This document shows positions 14,076 to 27,356 of a DNA stretch of 64,000 nt, piece after piece. The notes under the pieces are model-generated. The model was given only the letters and a program-made list of their open reading frames with translations, made no database searches and was not told where the DNA came from. A program made the translations under genes and the position numbers. Source of the DNA: Acanthaster planci (taxonomy: Eukaryota); assembly GCF_001949145.1 (NCBI RefSeq), contig NW_019091362.1, positions 1,619,838 through 1,683,837 on the forward strand. Reading direction: 5' to 3'. The number at the start of each line of letters is the position of its first letter. Within the stretch, counting starts at the first letter, position 1.

Positions 14076-14223
14076 GGGCCTGTTTGTTTCACACAGATCC
14101 ACATCTTGATCAATAATCCGTTGTTGTTTCACAGAAACCAGAACCCACCATACAGAGAGAGGGAACTAGCGTTGATTGGAATCAGAGATCATGATCAAGA
14201 TTCCTGCAAAACTAACAGGTCCC
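14076..14223. mobile_element. short Harbinger-like MITE
   Basis: GGGCCTGTTTGTTTCACAC...AACTAACAGGTCCC with 3-bp TSD TGT; relative at 32885-33012. Confidence 0.6.
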
Positions 14224-15009
14224 TGTGTAATTTCCTCATTTAAATTTAGAGCTGGACATGAATATGGTACATGTACAAATAAAAATGCCTTTTCTTTGCA
14301 GGCTGATATAATAAACTGTCTGCCGTACTTCCATTCTCAGTATGATTTTTGACATGCCCTGGGGCATTAGGGTTAATTAACCTGAGTCCCCAACCTGTAG
14401 AAAAAGGAAATTTCCCATAAAAGAAGTAGTTTGAGGTAAGTATATGTATGTCAGTTACTACCATCCCAGGAGGTATTCATTGGGACAGTGAGATAAAGTG
14501 CCATTTTTGTTAATCATAAACATATTCCATTAGCATACAATGCAGTCATTGCAGGGTACAGGACAACACTCAACCTGTAGAAGTATCCTCTTGTGGGTGT
14601 GTGTGCATACAGAGAGGCTGACAACTACAGTGGTGCAAACAGCCAGAAAAGCCTGTAATTTCTGCATGAAGTTGAGGGGGTCGCGACTGTAAATTTACAA
14701 CCGCAAACACAGGGAGAAATCAGTTTTGCCTTCCTGTATGCATGAGTTAACCTGTCCCTCAATTCTTTGAGTTAAATTTCAGTTGCAGTCCTGAAAGCTG
14801 TGAACACTTCCTAATCTTAAAGCTCAACCATTCAAACTGTTTATACACAGAAAGAAGCCCACTGAATGCAACATGAAACAGTGGTAACAATCAGGGTCAT
14901 ACTGTCTACATGCAGTCCTTGAAATTTATCAAGCGTTTTTAATGTTATCCTTGATCCCATGATAAGCCAGGAACTGGCATACAACTTGACATACACTTGT
15001 CTGCTGTAC

Positions 15010-15115
15010 CTGTGCAGATGCATTCAGCATGCCGGAGGATGTCCCTTCCGGTTCAGGGTGGGTCAGTTCAGCCGCAAATTCAAACCCCAGTGGCAGATAA
15101 CCGGTCATGAAAAAT
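15010..15115 (-). CDS. FLVCR: FLVCR exon 7 (106 nt)
   Basis: gacag|(G)[35 protein letters not shown]|gtacag; highly conserved FLVCR motif. Confidence 0.96.
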
Positions 15116-15224
15116 CTGTCCAGGAATACAAGAAAGAGTTTGTGATATGAAATGTTGACTGGGTTTGCCATATCTCGGCAGTATCTTCTAAAAAATAACT
15201 CACTGAACAACTGTAGGGGTTGTG

Positions 15225-15305
15225 TCTGTTTTTTGTTGGGTTGTTTGCTTTGTTTTGGTGTTTGTTGGGTTGTTGGGTGGGGTTGTTGGGTTGTTTGTTT
15301 GTGTG
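15225..15305. repeat. degenerate (GTTT/GTTG)n microsatellite
   Basis: Read directly. Confidence 0.85.
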
Positions 15306-15707
15306 CATTTGTTAAAACTTATTCGAAGTGACATTCGTAGGTGAATGTAAAAATATATGAGAAGTGGTACTTATGTTTTTACTTATGAAATGCCTCGCAT
15401 AATAATTCCTGCCTGAGATACAAACTCCATTGTCATGGAAATGAAGTAGGGGTACGATTTTAGAAGCTGAATTTTTTCCTTTCTGCAAGATGAATTTAAG
15501 AACTGATTTAATCTTTTTATGAACAATTTTGGCAATACGTTCTGGGGACAGAATTTATTGTTTTCTTGAAGATGTAAAACACGTCTACTGAAGTGAATAG
15601 AACAGCCAATATCTACACATCTTCATCTATATTAGGAGTACTTTTGTTTCTTGGAATTGCTAAGAAACTGAAATCCACGTCAAAATTAATGTTTGAAGAC
15701 AACCTAC

Positions 15708-15818
15708 CCAAGGAATGCAGATATGGCAAAAACGATCCAGATGTTGCCCAACTTTAACGTAAATGTAAAACCGATGAGACCAAGAAGAGACAAGATATAC
15801 ACAACAACCGTAGTTCCC
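15708..15818 (-). CDS. FLVCR: FLVCR exon 6 (111 nt)
   Basis: tttttgttcag|(R)GTTVVVYILSLLGLIGFTFTLKLGNIWIVFAISAFL GG|gtaggt. Confidence 0.93.
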
Positions 15819-17817
15819 CTGAACAAAAAAAGAAAGCACATAATACAATGGATTGAATGATTGCATCAACCAACAAATATATTTTGACTGGGAAAGGAAT
15901 TTTCAAAAATTTAAATCTGAATCATTGTGCAGTTTTATATGTTAGTAGTGTAGGAGGATGATGTCCACTGAATACAGTTGGGAGCTATTTTCCTGCCGGA
16001 GTACAAAAAAGCTTTGTCAAATTCATCATTGAACCGTAAAAATCAAGTTTGACTATTTATCCAAGTAAAAAAAGCACAATTGTACATTTTTCATCTTACT
16101 ATAAGTAGATTTATAGTTTTATACAGCAGTGATTCGATGTCATGCATATTCAGTTTGGAAGTTTTTGCTTTTTAGTATAAAGACTGCATTGCTTTTCATA
16201 GAATAGGGGTCATGCCATGCATAGCGGGAGTGCTCACCACTATCAGCAACAGCATTGGCTCCACCTATTGACACAACCTTGAAATTTACCTTCCACGTAC
16301 CACACATCCAGTGGTGTACATTGTGAAACGAGGTACGTGTCTCTGTACTAAATGTAAAAGTTTCCTGTTGCTGGCCAACAGGTTTGGATTGATTTGATGG
16401 GAAACAGTGCTGTCACTACAGTAGATTTCAGCTGCCGCTGGAAGTTCATTGTAGATAAACATCAGTTTTGTTTGTGACCAGGTTTTTGGTAGTGACCTGT
16501 TTGTTCGGTCTATGGCCTTGTAGTTATTAGGGTTTGTCATTCCTACTCAAAGGGCCAGGAGATGTAAATTACAGGTAATTTTGGGAAAGTCTTTTCACCC
16601 TTATTTGCCTCTAGAGGGTAAAATGGGTACTGGTGGGGGCAGAGATGGTTTGATTAGTCATTAATAGTGGTGCCTGCAAATGGTTGTGCTGAGCTGTATA
16701 CTCCCCAGGGAGCTGAGATGGTTTTTAGGAATGTTTATGGCCTGGGCAAAAAGGACTAATGGTAACTGGCACCTGAGCAATAGTTTGCTGGTGGATATAA
16801 TATGCACTGTGGTTATGCACCCTGGATGCCAATTAAAACAAACAGTCAATGGCAGCTGATTAAACTTGGGCTGAATACTGAAGCTTTTTATGGGGGTCAA
16901 GAAATGAAACCTGGTGAGATGTCACTGTCAGGTTGATGAGACCTTTCATTGGCTGCTGGTCAGTGGATTTTGAATCCTATCAAGGGCTGGTGCATTTTTA
17001 AACACTTTGGATAACACTGCAACCTTTTACGACATTTCTTCTCTTCAGATGTGCCAGCCCCCAAACCATGCCAGGCATGGAAATTGGAGTTTTATTCAGC
17101 ATTCTCTCTTTTTTGTCGTGACTCTTTTGTTTGGTTTATCATGGGAGTGTTGTAAACCTGCCTAGTCATGAGGCTGCTTTCTTTGTCTGATGTTGACCCA
17201 TGCCCCATCACACCTGTAAATCTTGTTTACGTCTCTCTCCACTCCAAGAGTGTGGTAGTCTGTGACTGAACCAGACCAGATCATCAAGTCATTTCTGAAT
17301 CCTTAACCCTTCCTATTAAACATTGGTGGCAATGTTTTCCTCTGGAATTGTTTTCTTGTTTTTCCTTGGTTTGCATGGGGATTATTTGTTAGAAAGAATG
17401 TCTCGTTCTGTGGACAGGGTCCGGGTTGGAGGAATATTGAAAAAAGACAAAAATAACAGAAGAAACATTTTAATTTAAGACAGCAAAATATCTAAATTGG
17501 GCAAATTGTAATGCAGAAATGTGATGTCAAAAGGAACCAAAAATACCCTCAAAGTTGCATAAAAAATGAAAATTAGATTATATGAACATCAAACACCAAG
17601 TAATGTTTACAAGAACTGCATTACATTTTCTTTACCCGGACCTTTACAACTATTTTGATGTTAGAGTGAATAAAGTCATAAAGTCATAGATAACCTGTTG
17701 TACCATGGCCATCATCAGATGCCCATGGATGAACGAGGAGGACGATCACACAAAGCAGTAAAACTGGAATGCAACTGATCAATCTCCATACATTCTTAAT
17801 CACCGAATGGCCTTTAC

Positions 17818-17921
17818 CTGTATGTTCTGGTCCTATCCAGCCACACGCCTGTAACAGCTGATCCCAGCAGACCAGTCAGTACAATAGTCATCCCTATAAT
17901 ACCCGCCATAGCCTCTAAACC
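17818..17921 (-). CDS. FLVCR: FLVCR exon 5 (104 nt)
   Basis: gatgcag|GLEAMAGIIGMTIVLTGLLGSAVTGVWLDRTRTY AG|gtaaag; contains the MFS GxWLDRT motif. Confidence 0.93.
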
Positions 17922-18513
17922 CTGCATCGATATTCAACGAGAAAAGCATAGCATGGAGGAATAAGACAGGTTGAGGTGGTTGTTTGTCTGTGGGGTCATG
18001 GGACATTCCTTTCCTCTCCCCCCAAAAAGAATTAATTTAATTTACAAAAAATAATAACAAAAATGTGATTTTGGAGATTTTTGTTTTATTTCTCTTCGTT
18101 TAAAGCAAAAATGCTCCCAAAGTTAGTCATGACTTGTAGCAAGGCCAAAAGGTCGCATAACAAATCCCCAAATGTTAGGATCTCCCTAAACTTCCCCCTC
18201 TCCAAAATGGCTCTGGATCAGCCCTTGTGTGGGGTACTTTTTGTGACTCCCATGTGAAGTTTACCACATCTTTTTCTAGCTGAATGTAGATATAACTTCA
18301 GTCTCCGGATATTGCCCTTTAGCAGCATAGCAGGTAGTACATGTACATATACATGTACTTAATGGTGTCTCACAGCATATGAGGAAAAAAATTACAAGCT
18401 TACTATAGATGGGACTCGAACCCGGGACCTTATTCTTAAGCCTGGCATACAATGTCATTGTGAAGTTTGGCAAGTGTAATGCAAAGTCGTCCAAATAATC
18501 TGAATCAACTTGC

Positions 18514-18581
18514 CTCAAATTCGCTCAATATGAGCTGGTTGAGAAGAGTGGAAATTGCATAGAATGACCCGACATTTATAC
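18514..18581 (-). CDS. FLVCR: FLVCR exon 4 (68 nt), GC splice donor
   Basis: ccacacag|(G)INVGSFYAISTLLNQLILSEFE|gcaagt. Not in the ORF track. The phase-0 end fits exon 5. Confidence 0.88.
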
Positions 18582-19606
18582 CTGTGTGGATAGGCATATG
18601 AAATAAGAGAAATGTTTTACACATCTTGACGTAAACAAGTCATTGTTGGTATCAAAAATGATTCATTCTTCACCTCCTGAAAAATCTTGAATGAGGCAGG
18701 AAATGGGAAGCTTATTTTATTGGACTTTACAACACACCCCATATTTACAGAAACGGATCTACATGTTTCTTCCTACTAACTTACTGGGGGATTTTATGGA
18801 TCTTGGGGGCTGGGGTGTGACACAGGGGCCCTTTCATTTTGGTTCATGTTTGCATAGTGTACTTTTTCCCTTTACACTTGGAAGTACATGTATCAGTTTG
18901 AGCTTTGTTTAACCTCGCCTACTTGCAAAGTCAACTGGTTTGACAGTGTGTTTAAATGTGTTACTCATACTGGATCATTTCCACAAACTTTGGAGACATA
19001 TTTTAGTAAGGAATAATCTACTGCCCGAAATTTCTTTTAATTAGCATTCATTTAATTTGTGGTGTCTGGTATAATATAGGAAACAGAGTTGATTCTTCAC
19101 AGTGTGACGCAAGGGAAAGCACAACTTTTTTTCCCAGATAAAAAGCTTATTTTTTACCCAGTATGTAATATCACATTCCATATAAATATGATGCCTTTTC
19201 ACAAGGGTGGGACATTTCATTTTTCACTCGTGTGAAAAGACTTTCGTGCCTTTGCACACAAGTGGGAAAATATTTTTGACGCCTTTTCACACGAATGGGA
19301 ACACTTGTCGCTCCTTGTATGGGAACTGAATGTGAATATGGACAGAGTTCTTGTCCAAAAAAAGTCTCATCCCCATTCACAGTGTTAACTGTCAGTTGCA
19401 ACTCATTGCTGCTGTGTCGAATGAGGATAAAGGATGAAAGTTTCCTGTCGAGGGATTACTACTGAATGCAAAGCGGGAAATCAAGAAACCCCTGCAAATG
19501 AGGTTGCATTGTTTCTTTCCGACTAACGTACATGGGGGGAATAACCTGCAGCCGCTGACTGAATCGCTTTTGTTCTATTAACTCCCACAAAACAGGAGAT
19601 GCTTAC

Positions 19607-19744
19607 CGTATGTTATAACAAGCAGCACAAAACCTGTGTTTTTACAAAGAATCCTGAGGGATTCTCTATAGGAACGCTGCGTCCGGGAGATCTGGGCCCC
19701 CAACTTGGCACGGCTCGGTGGAACAGGTGGCTTGTCTTGATAAA
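19607..19744 (-). CDS. FLVCR: FLVCR exon 3 (138 nt)
   Basis: cttgtacag|(V)YQDKPPVPPSRAK...SYRESLRILCKNTGFVLLVITY G|gtaagc; phase 1 to 1. Confidence 0.93.
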
Positions 19745-20579
19745 CTGTACAAGGAAGAAGATGATTGGTTGCAGTCATTTCTAGAAGATCTGGTTTCGAT
19801 AGCTTAGTTGAGAAGGTTTTGCGAAACACGTGATATGAGAATCACTCGTCTTATCAAGAAAGTGAATGAATCCTTATATAGACATAGGGTGAACGCGTGC
19901 TCTGCTGTGCGTACTTGTATGAATCTGGTGTGTTTTGGTTCGTTACGGCAACAGCACAGTGACATTAAGCGCCAATGCGGCTCGGTAAATTGCATTCAGC
20001 ACGGCAAGCCCTCTAAGTCAATAGCATACATGCCGCGCTGTCAGTGTGAGCGCAACTGCTGTGCTGTTGCCGAAGCTTGTAAGCGAAATCGGTGTTATTT
20101 TCTCCATCCTTTCTCAGAAATAGAAACCTGTTAGTTAACATGAGACTCATCAACTTAATGATTTCTGTTAGTATGGTGGATTAGCATTATTACACAAGTA
20201 CCATCCATGAGCTTCAGCAGTAGTGCGCGATGCGCGAACAGCGCTATTAAACATTTTGCACGCGCATTTTGCACGCGCATTTTGTCACAGTTGTAACTCA
20301 CTGGATGATTCTGCAGTGTAGGCTGCAAGTGAGTTTCTGTGATATGAAAAAGTTATTTTCCTCAATTTGAATGAAAAGATTGCAGTGCACTGGACTGCAC
20401 GAATTGAATAAGGAAAAATATATCCGGAAAACGACTTTTCATTTATTAAGTTAAATTTGGCTGTTGAAGCTTAGTGATATATTCCTGGAATCTGCTTGAC
20501 TGCTAACACTCAAACGATTGGATGAAGTTTTTATTCGGAAGCCCTCGGGAATTCTGAGGCATCTCCCAGTCCCACTTAC

Positions 20580-20712
20580 CGGCGAAGATAAGGACGAGTA
20601 ATACGCTGGTGATGCAAGCCGTGCCTAGGAACATGTTCAGCATATTCTGTCGTTTGTTATTGTCATTGGGGACGATTATCGGTGGCAAGACGAAGCCCAA
20701 GGCGACTCCAAG
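20580..20712 (-). CDS. FLVCR: FLVCR exon 2 (133 nt)
   Basis: ttttcag|LGVALGFVLPPIIVPNDNNKRQNMLNMFLGTACITSVLLVLIFA G|gtaagt; phase 0 to 1. Confidence 0.93.
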
Positions 20713-21353
20713 CTGAAAAACGACACGGAGAAAAAGTGGTTAAAGGAGATTCGATGTTTACTCTAACGACGATTACGCCAACTGTCTCAAGCCGTTTGCA
20801 TAAACGGTTTGGTAATTATGTCTTCAAGATGTATTTGGTAATTATGTCCCTGTAATTTCTAACTGGCGTATTTACGATAAAGTACACACGTATCTTAAAT
20901 TTTCAGGAATCGTGGTTCTTAAGCCTGATCTTGCGTGTGTGTGTGAAATAACACTAGCGGCTGACTTCAATTTATGCATTTATAGAACCGATGGATGATG
21001 TTCAGGTCTGAATTCTGACGTAGTTCGTCCATGAAAAAAAAATTGTAGCCGATCTTGTTGGAAGTACGTGCGCAATGTTTGAAAACGCATAAAGTAAAAT
21101 GTCAAACGAGATCGCGAGAAATGCGTTAAAATACAGGGTAGCCCTACATTGAGAAAAGACCCGCTTGTACGTTTTCTTGTAGGTTTTTAGACCTCTGACG
21201 TTCGTACTGATTAGCGGATCTATGCTGGAAAAATCCGAGTTTTGTTGAGTCACTCTTCCCTTACTGAGAGCTGTTGCTCAAACTTGGATCCAAAACCCGA
21301 CAAAAACTCAAGGTTAACATAGCTTCCATCACTATTGCTGGGGCACCCGATTC

Positions 21354-21615
21354 GACTACCCACCGCTACTTATAAGCGAGGCCAGTGCAGCAAAATAGCC
21401 TGCAAGAACTGTGATGGTAATATATTATCGTACGATACAATACAGTGGCACACTTATAAGTGAGGCTAGTCAGCGTCAAACAAATTTGGAGGCAAAAAGA
21501 ACAAGCCTCACTTATAAGTGTGTCCAGTGTATTGCATCATACGATAATATATAAACACCACAGTTAGAGCATGGCCATTTAGCTGCACAGGCCTCACTTA
21601 TAAGTAGTTGTAGTC
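21354..21615. mobile_element. foldback/hairpin element in FLVCR intron 1
   Basis: ~120-bp inverted arms containing four ACTTATAAG(T/C)GAGGC-type motifs, two per arm. Confidence 0.8.
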
Positions 21616-24600
21616 AGCAATTTTTGCGTCTCAGGAAACGACGTCGTTTCTCAGCGTCGGCAAGTTTGCACATTATTCCAAATTAGGAACGCTGCGAAGA
21701 TTTCCCTTGCCAAAGCGCACAAATGGATGTTAGATTTTGGCAACCAAATGGAAACCAGGGGCTTAACCCACTACCCAAGATTATCAGAGGGAAGGTTAGA
21801 AATGCAATGGCATGGGGTCCCAGACTTGGAATTACAGGGGGCATATTGCCTCAAGAAAATTTTTTAAAAGTACTTCAAATCCTGCAATCTAGTGCATTTA
21901 AAATCCAAGACTTCTCTTTGCACTTGTTTTTAATGAGTGAAAACGGAGGATTACAGAGGATTATAGAAAACATGGCTTATCAGTCAAACCCCAAGACTGC
22001 GAACGGCCTTGCAACCTGCGATTTATGTCACTGTTATTGCATTAATCTATACCTGCACTTATTTTGCATATAATTCTCATTTTGAACAAGTCATGAAGGC
22101 TGCCAATGAAGTCATTCAAGTTCAATTTGAGGGTCAAATTGTTTGGAATAATGTATCTATCCTAAAGATACCTCACCATTTAGGACTTGGGATAAAATTC
22201 GACATACGAGGTTTCAAAACTAACGGCTATTTTATATGGGTAGGTTACAGCATCTATGGTTACAGGAAATTTTCGATCATGACGGCGAAGTCTGCCTCGG
22301 GCGATTTCCTGGCTTGGCTGATAAGAGGCACCTGCTCTTCCTTTTGTGATCTGTACCGAATGTCCGATATTTGTTTCTGCCACTGATGGTCAGCATCACA
22401 GTATCGCGACCTTTCTAATTCTCAACACGACTGTTTTCTCTCTCATCCGATTTTGATTTGTTTGGCGTGTTTCTTTGTGAACCCCCCCCCCATTTTTTTA
22501 ATTTTGAGAGGCGACATTACCCGTATATAGGGTTTCGTTTATGGTAGCTTCATGTTTTCAAATTATAAACAAATACGACTTCCCACCGCCGTTATATAAG
22601 AGAGGATTTTACAACAAAATGCTTAGTTAGAAGCATGCACATAATGCATGTAACCGGCAAATCCGAAGAATGTAAATGGAACCTCTGAAACATAAAAAGC
22701 AGCGGGTATACGAGAATCATTATTCAAGCTAGATTATAAGCTTATCGGGCAAAATGTCATGGCTCACGAAAAATATCAATGACACTTAATTGAAACATTT
22801 CACGCTCGATTATGTCTAAACAAAGAACACCGATTGTGTGTTAATAGGGATTCGTCGAGTAATATTCGCGTACCATCTGGCGACTTTGTTGGAGGGCGGG
22901 GTTGTGCAAAGTTGGACACTTACATCGGGGGTACCTCTCTGCCATCCTTGGTACTCCAGACCACCAGAAGAGGAAATAACCCGAACCGGTGTTTACTGCA
23001 CACAGCGTATGCCATGAAGTGAACCGGAGGTTTCACCCGAGAGTCCTAGAACTATAGTTGCGGAGTGTGCTTTCGGTTTTTTCCAATTGGGAAAGGTGGA
23101 GACACATTGCCAGTGTCTTTAAGAAATTAAAAGCGCCGATAGTTTAGAAATGCCACTGTTCTGGGAGGGGGTACGTTTTATTTTTGTGGATGAAATTTAT
23201 GGGCAGTCGCTGGAAGAAATTCCATTCCCCTTCCCTAAACGACTGTTACACCACAGTTCGGGCCGATTCCATCACAAGCACATACATGTATATTGCAAGT
23301 CAATTAGTCAAATCATCAGTCCCGGTCACATACCATGGATGAGCAATGGCAAAGGAAAACTTTTGTCACGGCTCAAGACACTTGGCTTGAGACTAGATGA
23401 CTGGCGATACGCCGGTGCCCGCACAGAACTTACAACGTGACAGTGCAGTGCGCGCGGTAATGCCGTGTCGACCAGCCTCATCGACCCGTGAAGCACCCCG
23501 GATGCAAATAACCGAATTTGTGCACAGTGGAGGCAAAACGAAATACAGGCTTTGCGTAGTAGCCATCTTGCAGGGCAGTGCCTTTGGTCCACTGCATGGA
23601 AACCTCTTGTACATACCATTATAAATAAAAGAACTATGCTGTAAAATAGCTACCGTGCAAAGCCTCTATGGGCACATCGCGAACGTTTCGGCGAAGTAAA
23701 TCGCGTGACTGAAACTTCTTCAGGGTGGATAACTCCACTTTTGTGAGTCTAGAGGATTATGTGGGTCAATAGTGGACTTTGTTATGACCTGTGTACACCG
23801 GTGTTGCTGGTGCACACACATTGTGCAGACCACAAACCAATCTGGGTAGAAATGCATGGCCAATTTGGTTTTGAGACGTCACGACCGAGTGAATTCGTCC
23901 CATGTAGATGTAGTCCTATGTGTGAAACTGGTAGAGTTATGGATTCAAAACAGTGCTTAATTTACAAATAAAGGTCATGGCGAAGTCGGGGACAATCGTC
24001 CTAACCAGACTCGACATTTTCACGTGCACATTTTGTTCTCGGTTCAAAAGTACAACAATTAACGTTGCGTGTGCACTGTTTCACCACAACACATGTGTCA
24101 CATCTGGATTTACGTCCATTTGTTTAGGTACACGTTCTTACTTTTTTAATTTCTGCGTTCCTCATCATGCAAACCTTTCGAAGAAAAGTCCTTAATTAAT
24201 CCACGTCAATGACGGCCTGAGGTTGCAGAGCTAACATTGCCCAGTAACTTCAGAATATTATATTGAATATAAAATTCCAGAGGCCATTTACTTTCGATCT
24301 TACCAGAATACTGGTGTATGAAAACTTTGGCATCTAAGCTTATACATATGAGCAACCGGAACGGGACCATAAATGTGTTTGAATACTGTAAGAGCAGGGA
24401 TTGAAGGGTAGAAAAGAGAGGACATAATGCGAAACACGAAATTAATGCTTAACTGCATTGCTTACTTAATTGCATTGCTTTGTGGCAAGCAAGTCTCCTC
24501 CGTGCAAAGTAAAACCGGAGAAGGCATCTTTGTCATTCTAGTACAGGCCTGCTATTTGATTTTCCATCTTCCACCCGATTACCAATAAAACCATCGAATT

Positions 24601-25035
24601 CTCCATAAGCTAAACCCAGATCAGCGTATTCTTGAACGGGCTCTCACACAGAATAACCTCCTAATATTATTCTCTCTGCGATGGAAATCATGGTAAATAC
24701 ATCACTGATTAACTTTCCGTTTCACGAAAGAAATCATCCCCTCGGGTTGCAATGTTTTCAACGTCAGTAACATTGGCGAAGTTGGACATTGGTGACCTCG
24801 TTGAGGTCGGTTGCTTTTCCTTATGATTAATATTGATGTCAAAATATTAATGTCCTATTACAATATGGTGTCGACTAGCAATGCTTACGTCTTGAATTAT
24901 GCTTTGGTTTGGAATTCCAACATGCAGTTCTCGGGATAAGTTATATCGTCATATAATAAAACACCATATCGTGAAATAGATGGTAGAAAACAAAATTATC
25001 GTTTACAGTTACAAATTGGGGCCGGTCATTCCTAC

Positions 25036-25764
25036 CTGATTACCAAAGACTCCAATGGCACAAGCCGTGGACACCTGGTTAGCACCAAACCAAGTGGCAG
25101 CCACGTGGGCAGGCATCCCTAGGATGAACACCTGGCCCACGGAGCAGAGAGTCTGTCCGAAGAAGGCAAGGAAGAAGGTATCCGGGGTGGCTCCGGCGTA
25201 TCGGAGCCAGGCCCCAGCACAGTTGAGGCTCGCCCCCATGACACCGATGACTTTGAGCCCCCCTTCGTTGTGTTCCAGCAGCCAAGTCACGGGCCAGATC
25301 AGCGGGATGTAGGCCAGCATGTAGACCATGGACAGCCAGTCCACGGCGAGGTAGCTGACGGAGTAGTATTCCCTGACGACATTGCCGATGATGGCGTATT
25401 GGATCCACTGGGCAGCGTTGGTCAGGGACACCAGGCAAAAAACGGCCAGCATGAACCACCGCCGCTTGTAGACCCTAGGTTCAATCGACACCAGAGACTT
25501 TGGGGAAGATGGAAGAGGAACCTTACCGCCAAGGCTGCCACCATCGAGCGTCCGTTCAGAGTCCGTAACGATCGCGAGCGGTGGACGGTCTGCTCTGTTT
25601 TCACCCTCGTTGACAACGGCAGATTTGGTAATATCTTCGCCATTCTTCTCTTGGTCTTCCTGAGGATGTTTGCTCTCAGGACGGTGAACATATTGCTCCG
25701 AGTCCATAACATCTTGAACGCTCCCCACCGTGCCATTCACAGTGTCTTTGGGATGATCCGCCAT
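25036..25764 (-). CDS. FLVCR: FLVCR-family (SLC49) MFS transporter, coding exon 1
   Basis: ATG at 25764 (MADHPKD...). Contains RVYKRRWFML...NAAQWIQY...VDWLSMVYMLAYIP...GQVFILGMP...WFGANQVSTACAIGVFGNQ, which is typical of FLVCR1/2. Ends CAG|gtagga, phase 0. Confidence 0.95.
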
Positions 25765-25869
25765 TGCATCAGCAGATGACCTGCCAGCCGTTTGACATGG
25801 GCCGGGGGAGCAGCCGTGCGTATGTCTATTATCGGCACTCCACTGTCGGCACTCCACCACACACTTCTG

Positions 25870-26450
25870 TATGTATCACTCAGAGAAAGATGATATTCAT
25901 AAGGGTTGCTCTCCGCAGATATTCTGAGAAGGACACAATCGAATCAGTTTAGTTATTCCTTACAGGCCTGCCCTGTCCTGATGTTTATCTTACCCGCCGT
26001 GTATATTTAAAACCCAAGGAGGCAGTATCACTGTACTGTATTGGCCTGAATTCTACCCGGCTCGTGTGGCATGTTGAAATGACAACAAAACCAAAGCTCG
26101 GTCACGTACGGCCACAGCTGATCGGTGACGTACACGGTACATGTACACTGAGGGCACCCTCAGTGCAACGGCGCGGCGCCCCGTATTCTCCTTACAAACA
26201 AGGCGCCTTCGGACAAAATAATGGATAACGACACCTATAGTGCATCTACGTGGAATTCAGGGCAGATGAAAGCGGCACACGTCTCGTGACACAGTGGCAC
26301 CGCCCACGACACATTATGTGCTGTACACGCTGAATCAAAAACGCAGAGAGCGAACCTTGAACGTTCATGTACGATGTCCGAGTCGGCCCATGTCAAATTA
26401 TGCTAATGTGCACGGTGCGTATGACTACACGCACAATTCGCTTACCTGAA
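25870..26450 (-). promoter_or_regulatory. probable FLVCR promoter region
   Basis: CpG-rich stretch directly upstream of exon 1, with GTCACGT/GTGACGT and CAGCTG motifs at 26101-26131. TSS not located. Confidence 0.4.
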
Positions 26451-27130
26451 TTTCTAATTGTCTCTCGGGGGGGTCATGCACATGAACTTTCACTCCACTG
26501 TCTTGTTCTGGAATAAAAATGGGAGACTTACTGTTGAGTCAACCGTTCATATAAAGCTAATGAAAAGCCTTCATGTACAAAAATACTCCCAAACTTGGGT
26601 AAAGTGATCCGAAATTGCCGCAGTTTGAATTGGTTTTCACTTCTCAGAAGTGAAAAGAAGAAGTTGGCTTTCACTTTTCAGAAGTGACAGATGTTATTGC
26701 CCCAGGCTTTGAAGCGTCAAGCGCCGGTGATCAAAAATGTTTTACCGCCTTGTGTGCTGTATTAAGGCCTATCCACCACGATGAAAAACAACCAACTTAC
26801 TAAGGAACGAATGGTCAAATTACAACACAGCGCTGCACAAATAACTGATAATTTTCATTAAAAACAAGTCCAAACTGGATTTTAAAAAGTGTTCAATCGC
26901 ATTTACATCATACCGGATCGTCATTAGATCTTTGTTGAATCAACCAAACTTACTGATATGCCACTTCTCCGATGTTTTTGCTTCCATTTTTCTGCTGGAG
27001 CTTACATTATTATATGCTTTATATTGCACTCACGTTTGTTTTTGTCATCACTTAGGTGCATTGAACCGTGATCCAGTTAATGGCGGTGGAGGCTGTTGTA
27101 AACCGTATTGCGTTTATGAAGAATCGTGAT

Positions 27131-27356
27131 CAGGGGCGGATCCAGGATTTTCCGGGGGGGCGTGAACTAAAACGTTAGCGTCGCGGCTGTAAAATTAGGA
27201 AGGTTGGGTGACTGGAAGCAGAACTGTTGCTTTTTACGCCTTTGTCACATGACGGGGCTGGGTCCTTCCCTCCCAATCCCTGTTTTTTTATTTCATTGTT
27301 TATTTATTTTTGGTGAAAGAGGGGCATGCGTCCCCACGCCCCTGGATCCGCCCCTG
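27131..27356. mobile_element. hAT-like MITE
   Basis: Perfect TIR CAGGGGCGGATCCAGG; degenerate 8-bp TSD ATCGTGAT/ATCATGAC. Confidence 0.8.

Noticed and set aside
22009..22386. 125-aa plus-strand ORF in FLVCR intron 1
   Set aside because: No recognisable domain, non-ATG start, no convincing splice signals.
25055..25779. Antisense and alternate-frame ORFs over FLVCR exon 1
   Set aside because: Expected shadow ORFs of a GC-rich coding exon.
25765..25860. Track start of the FLVCR ORF at 25860
   Set aside because: It is a GTG start from a prokaryotic rule; the first in-frame ATG is at 25764.
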